Origin: an uncultured Anaerolineales bacterium
GTDB taxonomy: Bacteria; Chloroflexota; Anaerolineae; CG2-30-64-16
Reading direction: 5' to 3'
DNA: 64,000 nt
NCBI GenBank assembly: GCA_964513075.1
Contig: CAZELR010000006.1
Span: 5,031 to 69,030 of the forward strand
Shown: piece after piece, positions 46,109 to 53,318 of the stretch
Layout of the letters: the number at the start of each line of letters is the position of its first letter
Position numbering within the stretch: position 1 is the stretch's first letter
Notes under the pieces: model-generated
Told to the model about the DNA's origin: nothing
What the model saw: the letters and a program-made list of their open reading frames with translations, nothing else
Database searches by the model: none
Made by a program: the position numbers and the translations under genes

Positions 46109-48832
46109 TCACCCCTTCACGCGCTTCTGTAATTCATACAGCTTGTTGAGCGCGGCCAGCGGACTGAGGCTATTCACGTCGAGGGCGCGCAGCTCAGCAA
46201 TCACCGGATCTTCAGCGGAGAAAAGCGGGAGCTGGTGTAGGGTGGCAGGCAGAACCGAACGCCGCGGGCCAGCCGCGCCGGAGGCTTCCAGATCGGCCAA
46301 AATTTCCTGGGCGCGGGCGATCACCGGCTTAGGCAGACCGGCAAGCTGCGCCACATGAACACCATAAGAGCGGTCGGCTGCGCCGGGTGCAATCTTGTGC
46401 AGAAAGACAACGGTTTCGCCTTGCTCGGCCACGGCTACATTGAAGTTGACCACATGCGGCAGCCGCTCGGCCAGGTCGGTCAGTTCGTGGTAATGCGTGG
46501 CGAACAGCGTCTTCGCACGCAGGCCGGGGTGATTGTGAATGTACTCAACAACGGCCCAGGCAATCGCCAGACCATCATAAGTGCTGGTGCCGCGACCGAT
46601 CTCATCGAGGATCAGCAGCGACCGGCTGGTGGCATGGTGCAGAATGTTGGCAGCCTCCACCATCTCAACCATAAAGGTCGATTGGCCGCGTGCAATCTCA
46701 TCTGAGGCACCGATGCGGGTGAAGATGCGATCCACGAGCCCGATGTGCGCCGACTCGGCCGGCACGAAAGCCCCGATCTGTGCCAGCAGCACGATTAACG
46801 CCACCTGCCGTAGAGCCGTCGATTTGCCGGCCATATTGGGGCCGGTGAGGATAATGATGGCCTGTTCGGGTGAGAGGTACGCGTCGTTAGGCGTGAAAGG
46901 CTCCCCGGTCAGAAACTTCTCCACCACGGGATGCCGACCGGCCTTGATATCGATAATGCCGTCATCAGCCAGCCTGGGACGAATGTAGCGATTTACCTCA
47001 GCAACCTCAGCCAGCGCCGCAGCAACATCCAGGTCGGCGACAGCCGCCGCGATCGCAAGCAGTCGAGGCGCAGCCGCCGCGATCTGGGCTAGCACCCCGC
47101 GAAAGATCTGCCCTTCCAATTCCAGGATGCGTTCCTCAGCGTTGAGCACCAGTGATTCGTATTCCTTCAAGTCCGGCGTGATGTAGCGCTCCGCATTGAC
47201 CAGTGTCTGCTTGCGAATGTAATCCGCCGGCACCAGGCCGGCGTTGGCGGTGGTGACCTCGATGTAATAACCAAAGACCTTGTTGTAGCCAACCTTCAAC
47301 GACTTGATGCCAGTGCGCGTCCGCTCGACCGATTCCAGGTTAGCGATCCACATCTTGGCGTCGCGCGTAGCAAGATGAATACCGTCCAACTCGGCTGAAA
47401 AACCGGGGCGAATGATCCCGGTCGTGGCCAACGTCGCGGGCGGGTCGTCGGTAATGGCCTGCGCGAGAAGCGTGGCAATATCGGGGCAGGATTGAAGGTT
47501 CAAAGTTGAAGGCGGAGGGTCAGCGTTGATTGATCTTTCAACTTTTAGCTTTGAGCCTGTAGCCTGTAACTGATCTACGCGAGCCAACGCTTCGCGGATG
47601 CCCAACAGGTCACGCGGAAGTGCAATGCCCTGAGCGCAGCGGTTGGTCCAGCGCTCCAGGTCGCCGAGACCGCGCAGGACTTGGCGAAGCCCGGCGCGCA
47701 AGATGCCGTCTTGCTGCCAGGCAGCCACGGCGTCGAGCCGAGCATCGATAGCCGCGACATCCAGCAGCGGCTGACTAAGCCGCTTGCGCAGCAGGCGGCC
47801 GCCCATCGGGGTCAGGGTAGCGTCCAATACCCCCAAGAGTGAGCCTTGGGTGGAGCCGCCGCGGAGACTCTCGGTCAACTCCAGGTTGCGCCGCGTGGCC
47901 TCGTCAAGGGTCATGAACTCGGATGTGCTGTAAGTGCGCAAGCCGGCAAGCTGGGGCAGGCTGTCTTTTTGCGTTTCCTGTAGATACTGAAGCAGCGCGC
48001 CCGCGGCCCGAACCGCCAATGAACTATCGTCACAGCCGAAACCGGCCAGGGATGCGGCCCTGAAATGATCGAGCAGCGCCTGGCGCGCAGTGGTCTCTTC
48101 GAAGCGCCAGGCCACGTAAGGGGTAATATGGTAGGCTTGGGCAATCTGCACCGGCAGGGCATCGGAGGGATGGCGCTGGAGGCGCGACGCGGTTTGCGCG
48201 CTGCGGCCTTCGGGGCCACCCGACGACATGCCGGGCTCCTCTGTGCCTCCGCTCCTCTGTGCCCAGCGCGGGTCTTTGGCAGGATAAAGAAGCTCCGCCG
48301 GCGCCAGCCGGCTAAGCTCCTCAGAGACGCGGCGCAGGACATCCGCGCCATTGGCAATCTCAGTGACCGCAAACTCGCCGGTGGTGATGTCGGCATAGGC
48401 CAGGCCAGCCCTGAGCAGACGGCCTGTCGGCTCTGAGTCGAGCACCACCGCTACAACGTAATTGTTGCGCTTCTCAGACAGCAGCCCCGGCTCCACGAGG
48501 GTGCCGGGCGTCACGACCCGCCGCACGATGCGCGGCACTAGCTTTTCGCCTTTGGGAGGCTCATTGCCAAGCTGCTCAGCGATAGCTACCTTGTAACCGG
48601 CGTTGATTAGCTTGGCAATGTAGGTGTCGACCGCGTGGTAGGGCACACCGGCCAAGGGAACGCGCTGGTCCGCGCCCACGGGTCGCGAGGTGAGCACAAC
48701 ATCACAGACCGACGCGACAAGCTTGGCATCGTCATCGAAGGTCTCGTAAAAGTCACCCAGGCGGAAGAAAAGCACGATATCCGGGTACTGTTTCTTCAAC
48801 GCCAGGTACTGGGAACGCATAGGTGTCGTCAT
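46109..48832 (-). CDS. mutS: DNA mismatch repair protein MutS
   Basis: Motifs FFRLGDFYETF, GPNMAGKST, DRIFTRIGA.D....GQSTFMVEM, DEIGRGTST, FATHYHEL, SYGVHVA.LAG. Confidence 0.97.
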   Translation of the reverse strand: MTTPMRSQYLALKKQYPDIVLFFRLGDFYETFDDDAKLVASVCDVVLTSRPVGADQRVPLAGVPYHAVDTYIAKLINAGYKVAIAEQLGNEPPKGEKLVPRIVRRVVTPGTLVEPGLLSEKRNNYVVAVVLDSEPTGRLLRAGLAYADITTGEFAVTEIANGADVLRRVSEELSRLAPAELLYPAKDPRWAQRSGGTEEPGMSSGGPEGRSAQTASRLQRHPSDALPVQIAQAYHITPYVAWRFEETTARQALLDHFRAASLAGFGCDDSSLAVRAAGALLQYLQETQKDSLPQLAGLRTYSTSEFMTLDEATRRNLELTESLRGGSTQGSLLGVLDATLTPMGGRLLRKRLSQPLLDVAAIDARLDAVAAWQQDGILRAGLRQVLRGLGDLERWTNRCAQGIALPRDLLGIREALARVDQLQATGSKLKVERSINADPPPSTLNLQSCPDIATLLAQAITDDPPATLATTGIIRPGFSAELDGIHLATRDAKMWIANLESVERTRTGIKSLKVGYNKVFGYYIEVTTANAGLVPADYIRKQTLVNAERYITPDLKEYESLVLNAEERILELEGQIFRGVLAQIAAAAPRLLAIAAAVADLDVAAALAEVAEVNRYIRPRLADDGIIDIKAGRHPVVEKFLTGEPFTPNDAYLSPEQAIIILTGPNMAGKSTALRQVALIVLLAQIGAFVPAESAHIGLVDRIFTRIGASDEIARGQSTFMVEMVEAANILHHATSRSLLILDEIGRGTSTYDGLAIAWAVVEYIHNHPGLRAKTLFATHYHELTDLAERLPHVVNFNVAVAEQGETVVFLHKIAPGAADRSYGVHVAQLAGLPKPVIARAQEILADLEASGAAGPRRSVLPATLHQLPLFSAEDPVIAELRALDVNSLSPLAALNKLYELQKRVKG
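47492..47569. repeat. In-frame inverted heptamer-repeat element in mutS
   Basis: TTGAAGG TTCAAAG TTGAAGG, 22-nt spacer, CTTTCAA CTTTTAG CTTTGAG CCTGTAG CCTGTAA. Confidence 0.8.
48158..48263. repeat. In-frame hairpin with 16-bp tandem repeat in mutS
   Basis: GCTCCTCTGTGCCTCC/GCTCCTCTGTGCC tandem at 48235-48263; 48245-48263 pairs with 48158-48183 via bulged helices. Confidence 0.55.
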
Positions 48833-48833
48833 A

Positions 48834-51137
48834 TTACGCGCCCAACACTACTTGTCCATAGGGATCGCCGTAGAGCACATAGGCTAACCAGGTGGGATTG
48901 GCGGCATCAGCCTGCTTGATAGCCAGACGCGCCGCGTGAAACGCCTGGCCAAGCGGTTGCTGTTTCCCCTCAAACGCGCCGAGGCCCCACAGGCGATCAT
49001 AGAACTCCCGGGCGAACTGTGCGGCCAGCACGTCATTCACCTCCCAGAGTGCGCCGAGGAAGGCGCTAGCCTCACAATCAAGAAACGTCTCGGCCCAGCC
49101 GCCCAGCTGCGTCAGGCCGATGCCCACCCGCCCGGAATGGCAAGCATTAAGAAATACAATGGGCTTGCTCTTGCGAATATACGGCTTTAAGGCGCCAACT
49201 GCAACAGGGGTCAGGAACTCGCTTCCCAGTTTGAGCTTCGACTCGTTGGCGCTGTCAGCGTTGAAGTTGCCATGACAGGCAAAGTGATAGAGATGGGTGC
49301 GGCCGGCCTGCAGAGCATCGTTAACCTCATCCAGCGATTTGAGCGGACCGCTGAGGCTGACCTCCCACTGACGACGATGCAGCTCGGTAAAGTAATCGGA
49401 CTCGGCCTGGGCAGCCTGCAGGTTGTCGGGCGGCGCCACCCACACGCCCTGAGTAAGCTTCACGCGGTCGGGCGCGCCGCGGCCGGCCACCCAGCGCGAG
49501 AGCCGGAACGTCTCGCACAAAGGTGGGTCGGTCGGCACCTCCCAAGGTTCATCCTCGCCCGGATCTTGCGGCGTAACCAACTCCCAGGGAATCCATGGAT
49601 CGTCTGTAGTAACCAGCATACTTTGCCCACGATATTTCTGGCGCAAGACCTTGCTGTATTCACGTTTCAGCTCATCCGAGAAAAGCTGATCGTAAAGCTG
49701 CACGCCGATAGCGGACAACTCCTGGTTCGCACGCCGCGTCTCGTCGGCAGGGCGCGTCGCGACCGATTTTTTGGCCAGGTCACTGAGGCGATTAAAGATC
49801 GGCTGCAGGAAGGTCAACGGATCGTCTCGCAGCAACTTCGTGCCGACCCGCTTGAAGTTGTAGTCGCCGCCCCCGGGCGAATGCAGCATGTAATCCAACG
49901 TCTTACGGTCAGCCGAAAGCATGATGCGCAGCTCCAGGTCAGGCGCTCTCGCCTCTGTGCCCAGCACCGGCGAGGCAATCGGCGCCAGCGGCACCACAGC
50001 GTTGGTCAATTGCTTCATCGCGGCTGCGTCTTCTACCACCTCGGCCTCGAACGAGACCGTCAGTATCCGACGACTGAACTGCTCAAAGTCTACGCTAACG
50101 CGCTTCGTTCCGGCCGACTCCGGCTTGAGAAAGAAGATCAGAGGCTCGCAGTCGCGCTCTTTTTCGATCTTGACCTGTCGAGCATAGGAGCCAACGCCGC
50201 TCACCGCTTCACCGCCGATGGTCTCATCGGTCACCTCAAAGCCCTCCGGCCGGATGACAACTGTCAGCGGGCTAAGTTTAAGGCTCATGCGAGCCTCATC
50301 GGCAATGCCTCTGGCGCCGGATTGAAAATGACCGGCCACATGGACAATCAACGGCACAGCGCCCTGATCAATCAGCACTTTGTTGGGGAAGTGGACGTTA
50401 GCGTAGCGGATCACATCGTCGGCCACCGGTTCAAGCGAACGGGTTTCAGTGATCCCGTACGATGGGGAGATCGGCGCCTTGGCAACAGGCCCGGCGCCTC
50501 CTAACGATGGCGGGAATATCCCACCGCGCGTCTGCTGGCCGGGAGCCCACATCTGTGCATCCCGATCATCCAGGAGCCGCACGACGCTGGGATAGCCACG
50601 CAGCAGGACCTTGATAGCCCGCAGGTAGGCCTCAGCAACCGCGCGGTCAACAGCGCGCTCCGAATGGGCTGCACGTAGTGCGCTAAGCTGCGCCAGTTCG
50701 TCGCCGGCAAGACGCGCCTGATGCGTCTCGACCAGTGCGTCGATCTGGGCGGTCAGGCCGATCGGATCACGATACCGGCGAAATTCTACAATGAATACCA
50801 TGCGCTGCAAGACAAGCTCGCGCTGTTCTGCGGATAGCGAACCGACTCCGCCAACACCCCGAGAGCCAAGCCTGGGCTGAAGGCTCACCTGGCCGCCCTC
50901 CAATAATCCCGTCACCTCGGCAGGCAGGGCTTGCCGCACCGGCCAGAGGGTGTTGAGGAACGCGCTGGCCGAACCGGCCGCGTTGATATCGTCTTTTGTG
51001 GCGATATCCGGCCCATACTCGCGCACGGCCTCCTCAATTACGCTACGAACCTCTACCGGCAGCGTCGGCCACGCGGCCAGAATGCCGTCAAGGATTGGGA
51101 TGATTGCGTTTGATACGGCTGCTGCTGCAAAATTCAT
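48834..51137 (-). CDS. CHAT (caspase HetF-associated) domain protease with N-terminal helical region and central beta-rich domain
   Basis: Motifs PWIPWEL, HFACHG (His622), VFLNACHS (Cys666), FLGALWEVND, WLAYVLYGDP. No signal peptide or TPRs. Confidence 0.88.
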   Translation of the reverse strand: MNFAAAAVSNAIIPILDGILAAWPTLPVEVRSVIEEAVREYGPDIATKDDINAAGSASAFLNTLWPVRQALPAEVTGLLEGGQVSLQPRLGSRGVGGVGSLSAEQRELVLQRMVFIVEFRRYRDPIGLTAQIDALVETHQARLAGDELAQLSALRAAHSERAVDRAVAEAYLRAIKVLLRGYPSVVRLLDDRDAQMWAPGQQTRGGIFPPSLGGAGPVAKAPISPSYGITETRSLEPVADDVIRYANVHFPNKVLIDQGAVPLIVHVAGHFQSGARGIADEARMSLKLSPLTVVIRPEGFEVTDETIGGEAVSGVGSYARQVKIEKERDCEPLIFFLKPESAGTKRVSVDFEQFSRRILTVSFEAEVVEDAAAMKQLTNAVVPLAPIASPVLGTEARAPDLELRIMLSADRKTLDYMLHSPGGGDYNFKRVGTKLLRDDPLTFLQPIFNRLSDLAKKSVATRPADETRRANQELSAIGVQLYDQLFSDELKREYSKVLRQKYRGQSMLVTTDDPWIPWELVTPQDPGEDEPWEVPTDPPLCETFRLSRWVAGRGAPDRVKLTQGVWVAPPDNLQAAQAESDYFTELHRRQWEVSLSGPLKSLDEVNDALQAGRTHLYHFACHGNFNADSANESKLKLGSEFLTPVAVGALKPYIRKSKPIVFLNACHSGRVGIGLTQLGGWAETFLDCEASAFLGALWEVNDVLAAQFAREFYDRLWGLGAFEGKQQPLGQAFHAARLAIKQADAANPTWLAYVLYGDPYGQVVLGA

Positions 51138-51162
51138 AATCGCGCTCCTCGACGTGACACTA

Positions 51163-52452
51163 TCAAAAATCGCCGTTCAACCACTGCACCAAACGGTTCC
51201 AACCCGTAACTTGCGGAAACATGAGCTCGCGGTAGATCACCAACTCCTTCTGACGCTGGCTGAGCGGCTTGGTCTCTGGAGGCAAGTAGACCGCCAGTCC
51301 AGTAGCTCGCTCGTACTGCGGCCGATAGGCAACCCGGAGCACCGGCGCCGCAGACGTGCGCGCCTGCAAATGCGCGTAGAGAGCCCGGGCTGCCGTATTC
51401 ACTTCGGGGTAGTTCTCCCACTCGGTCTTGCTCGCCAGGAGGCGCGCAAAATCTCCCAGGTCGCAGTAGTTGCGATCCTGGAAGACGAGCGCCTCGCGAC
51501 GGGCGGCCCTGGCGAGTTCATGAAGGACTGCTTCCTGCCCGCGCGCCAACACTACATCCACCAGCATCCTGGCCAGCGCTTCGGTCTCCTGTATCGCTGA
51601 CAGGCGAATGGCAGACTGGGTGACGGTTTCATCCTGCCGGGTTTGTGCGTTGTAGCTTTTGGCGTAATCCCGCACAATGCGATCGGCCAGTGCTTCGGGC
51701 GTCATCCCTGGCTCAGCATTGATGCCTTGCAGGATCAGCGTATATGGCCAACCGTCCATTGGCTCCACTTCCTGCGACCCGACAAAATAGTCGGCATGCT
51801 CAGCCAACTCGCGAGCGCCCTCAACCATAGCCATAAGACACGCATCCATGCCGATGATGTCCAGCTTGCGGCTCGTAATGGCCTCTGCCTCTCTAAAGGC
51901 CCGATGCAGGTCTTTGGTGTCCAGAAAATCCTTGCTGGTGTCATCGTATGCGATGGGCCGGGTGGTCTCGCCCTCGGTTATCTTGCGCAACGTGCTGCGA
52001 AAGAGCGCGCCGTGGGTCTTGTGCGTGGTATCCCCAATATCGCGCACAGACTCATAATGATCCACGTCCAGCCAACCTGTACCGTGATTCCAAATCACCA
52101 GAGCAAAGTGATCGGCCGGATAGTGCTGCATGCCATGCACCACGAAGTCCCTCAAGGTGTCAGGACTGCCGGTGTTAATCTCCTTCAGCTTCTGCACAAC
52201 GCTGCCCGCCATGCCGATACCCTGGCGCACCTCCACCAAGTAGCTTTCGTCCACAGTATCGAATAAGCATACCACCGCGCATGCGTCGGTGGTGCCCACC
52301 TTCGCCATCTCCCAAATATCCTTATAGCCGGCCGACGTCATCTCGGCCATCAGCTTTTTGACGCCAGTCGCAGTTTGAAAGGCCTTACCGTTGTCACCGG
52401 CCATGTAAACCATCAACGTCCAAGGGCGCTTTTTTTGTGGGACGGGCTGCAT
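51163..52452 (-). CDS. Clostripain-family (C11) cysteine peptidase, no signal peptide
   Basis: Motifs WTLMVYMAGDN, INTG.P.TL..F, LVIWNHGTGW (His123), IAYDD, IIGMDACLM (Cys205), SQEVEP..GWPY. ATG 52452 follows AAGGAG. Confidence 0.9.
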   Translation of the reverse strand: MQPVPQKKRPWTLMVYMAGDNGKAFQTATGVKKLMAEMTSAGYKDIWEMAKVGTTDACAVVCLFDTVDESYLVEVRQGIGMAGSVVQKLKEINTGSPDTLRDFVVHGMQHYPADHFALVIWNHGTGWLDVDHYESVRDIGDTTHKTHGALFRSTLRKITEGETTRPIAYDDTSKDFLDTKDLHRAFREAEAITSRKLDIIGMDACLMAMVEGARELAEHADYFVGSQEVEPMDGWPYTLILQGINAEPGMTPEALADRIVRDYAKSYNAQTRQDETVTQSAIRLSAIQETEALARMLVDVVLARGQEAVLHELARAARREALVFQDRNYCDLGDFARLLASKTEWENYPEVNTAARALYAHLQARTSAAPVLRVAYRPQYERATGLAVYLPPETKPLSQRQKELVIYRELMFPQVTGWNRLVQWLNGDF

Positions 52453-52552
52453 CGGATGCTCCTTTTGGGTTACAAGCAGGGCCAATATGCGTTGACGCAA
52501 GACGTGCCACCAAGCCATCGGTCACCTCCGCCGGTGATGTCGTGCTGGTGCG

Positions 52553-52582
52553 ATTATAGCACAAGTTCGCTGGCACGGTCAA
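52553..52582 (-). promoter_or_regulatory. sigma70-type promoter for clostripain-CHAT-mutS
   Basis: On -: TTGACC (52582-52577), 18 bp, extended TGC-TATAAT (ends 52553). Confidence 0.72.
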
Positions 52583-52606
52583 TGACAAACAAAACCAACT
52601 TCCAGC

Positions 52607-52635
52607 TTGGCGCGCACGCCCCAGGCTGGTATACT
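52607..52635 (+). promoter_or_regulatory. sigma70-type promoter for yigZ
   Basis: TTGGCG, 17 bp, extended TGG-TATACT. Confidence 0.6.
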
Positions 52636-52698
52636 TGGGGAAATGATCGTGCACCGGTGATCCGCCGATGCGCTCAGCCGTCCATTCGCTGATTCACA

Positions 52699-53304
52699 AT
52701 GTCTCATTACCCCATTCCCGCGGGCCGCGCCCGCGTCGAAGAGCTGATCCTGCGCTCACGCTTCATCACGACCGCTGCACCTGCAGCGACGGTTGACGAA
52801 GCGCGCGCGTTCATCGCGGCGGTGCGCGCCGAATATTCTGATGCTACGCATAACTGCTATGCCTTCGTTGCCGGCCCGCCCGGCTCGACCGCTCAGATCG
52901 GTATGAGCGACGATGGAGAGCCTGGCGGCACGGCCGGCCGCCCCATGCTGGCAGTATTACTGGGCTGCGGGGTGGGCGAGATCGCCACTGTGGTGACGCG
53001 CTATTTCGGAGGCACGAAGCTTGGGACGGGTGGGCTGGTGCGCGCATACAGCGGCGGGGTCAAAGCTGTCCTGGCGGTGCTGCCGGTGCAGGAAAAGGTC
53101 ATCTTGCGCACCGTGCTGGCGTCGGGGCCATACAGTTGGGTGACGCCGGTAGCACGCTTGCTGCCCGCCTTTGCGGCCCACGTGGCCGATCAGCAGTTCG
53201 CTGCGGACGTCACCTGGCAGATTAACGTGCCCGAGGAACAAGCGCGCCCCTTGGCCGCAGCACTGGTAGAGCTGAGTCACGGCGAAATCGAGGTTGTGCT
53301 ATAA
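52699..53304 (+). CDS. yigZ: YigZ/IMPACT family protein
   Basis: Motifs SRFI, DATHNCYA, SDDGEPGGTAG.PML, VVTRYFGG.KLG.GGLVRAY. Confidence 0.92.
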   Translation: MSHYPIPAGRARVEELILRSRFITTAAPAATVDEARAFIAAVRAEYSDATHNCYAFVAGPPGSTAQIGMSDDGEPGGTAGRPMLAVLLGCGVGEIATVVTRYFGGTKLGTGGLVRAYSGGVKAVLAVLPVQEKVILRTVLASGPYSWVTPVARLLPAFAAHVADQQFAADVTWQINVPEEQARPLAAALVELSHGEIEVVL

Positions 53305-53305
53305 T
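53297..53305 (+). promoter_or_regulatory. Extended -10 (TGCTATAAT) overlapping the yigZ stop codon
   Basis: Perfect TGnTATAAT just upstream of the CapA-family gene; no -35 recognised. Confidence 0.45.
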
Positions 53306-53318
53306 ACGGGCCATCCTA

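Noticed and set aside
49272-50504. 410-aa + strand ORF inside the CHAT gene; likewise 2464-3666(-), 995-2029(+), 29113-29976(-), 57764-58591(-)
   Set aside because: Antisense shadow ORFs typical of GC-rich coding DNA, with no recognisable motifs and fully overlapping well-supported genes.
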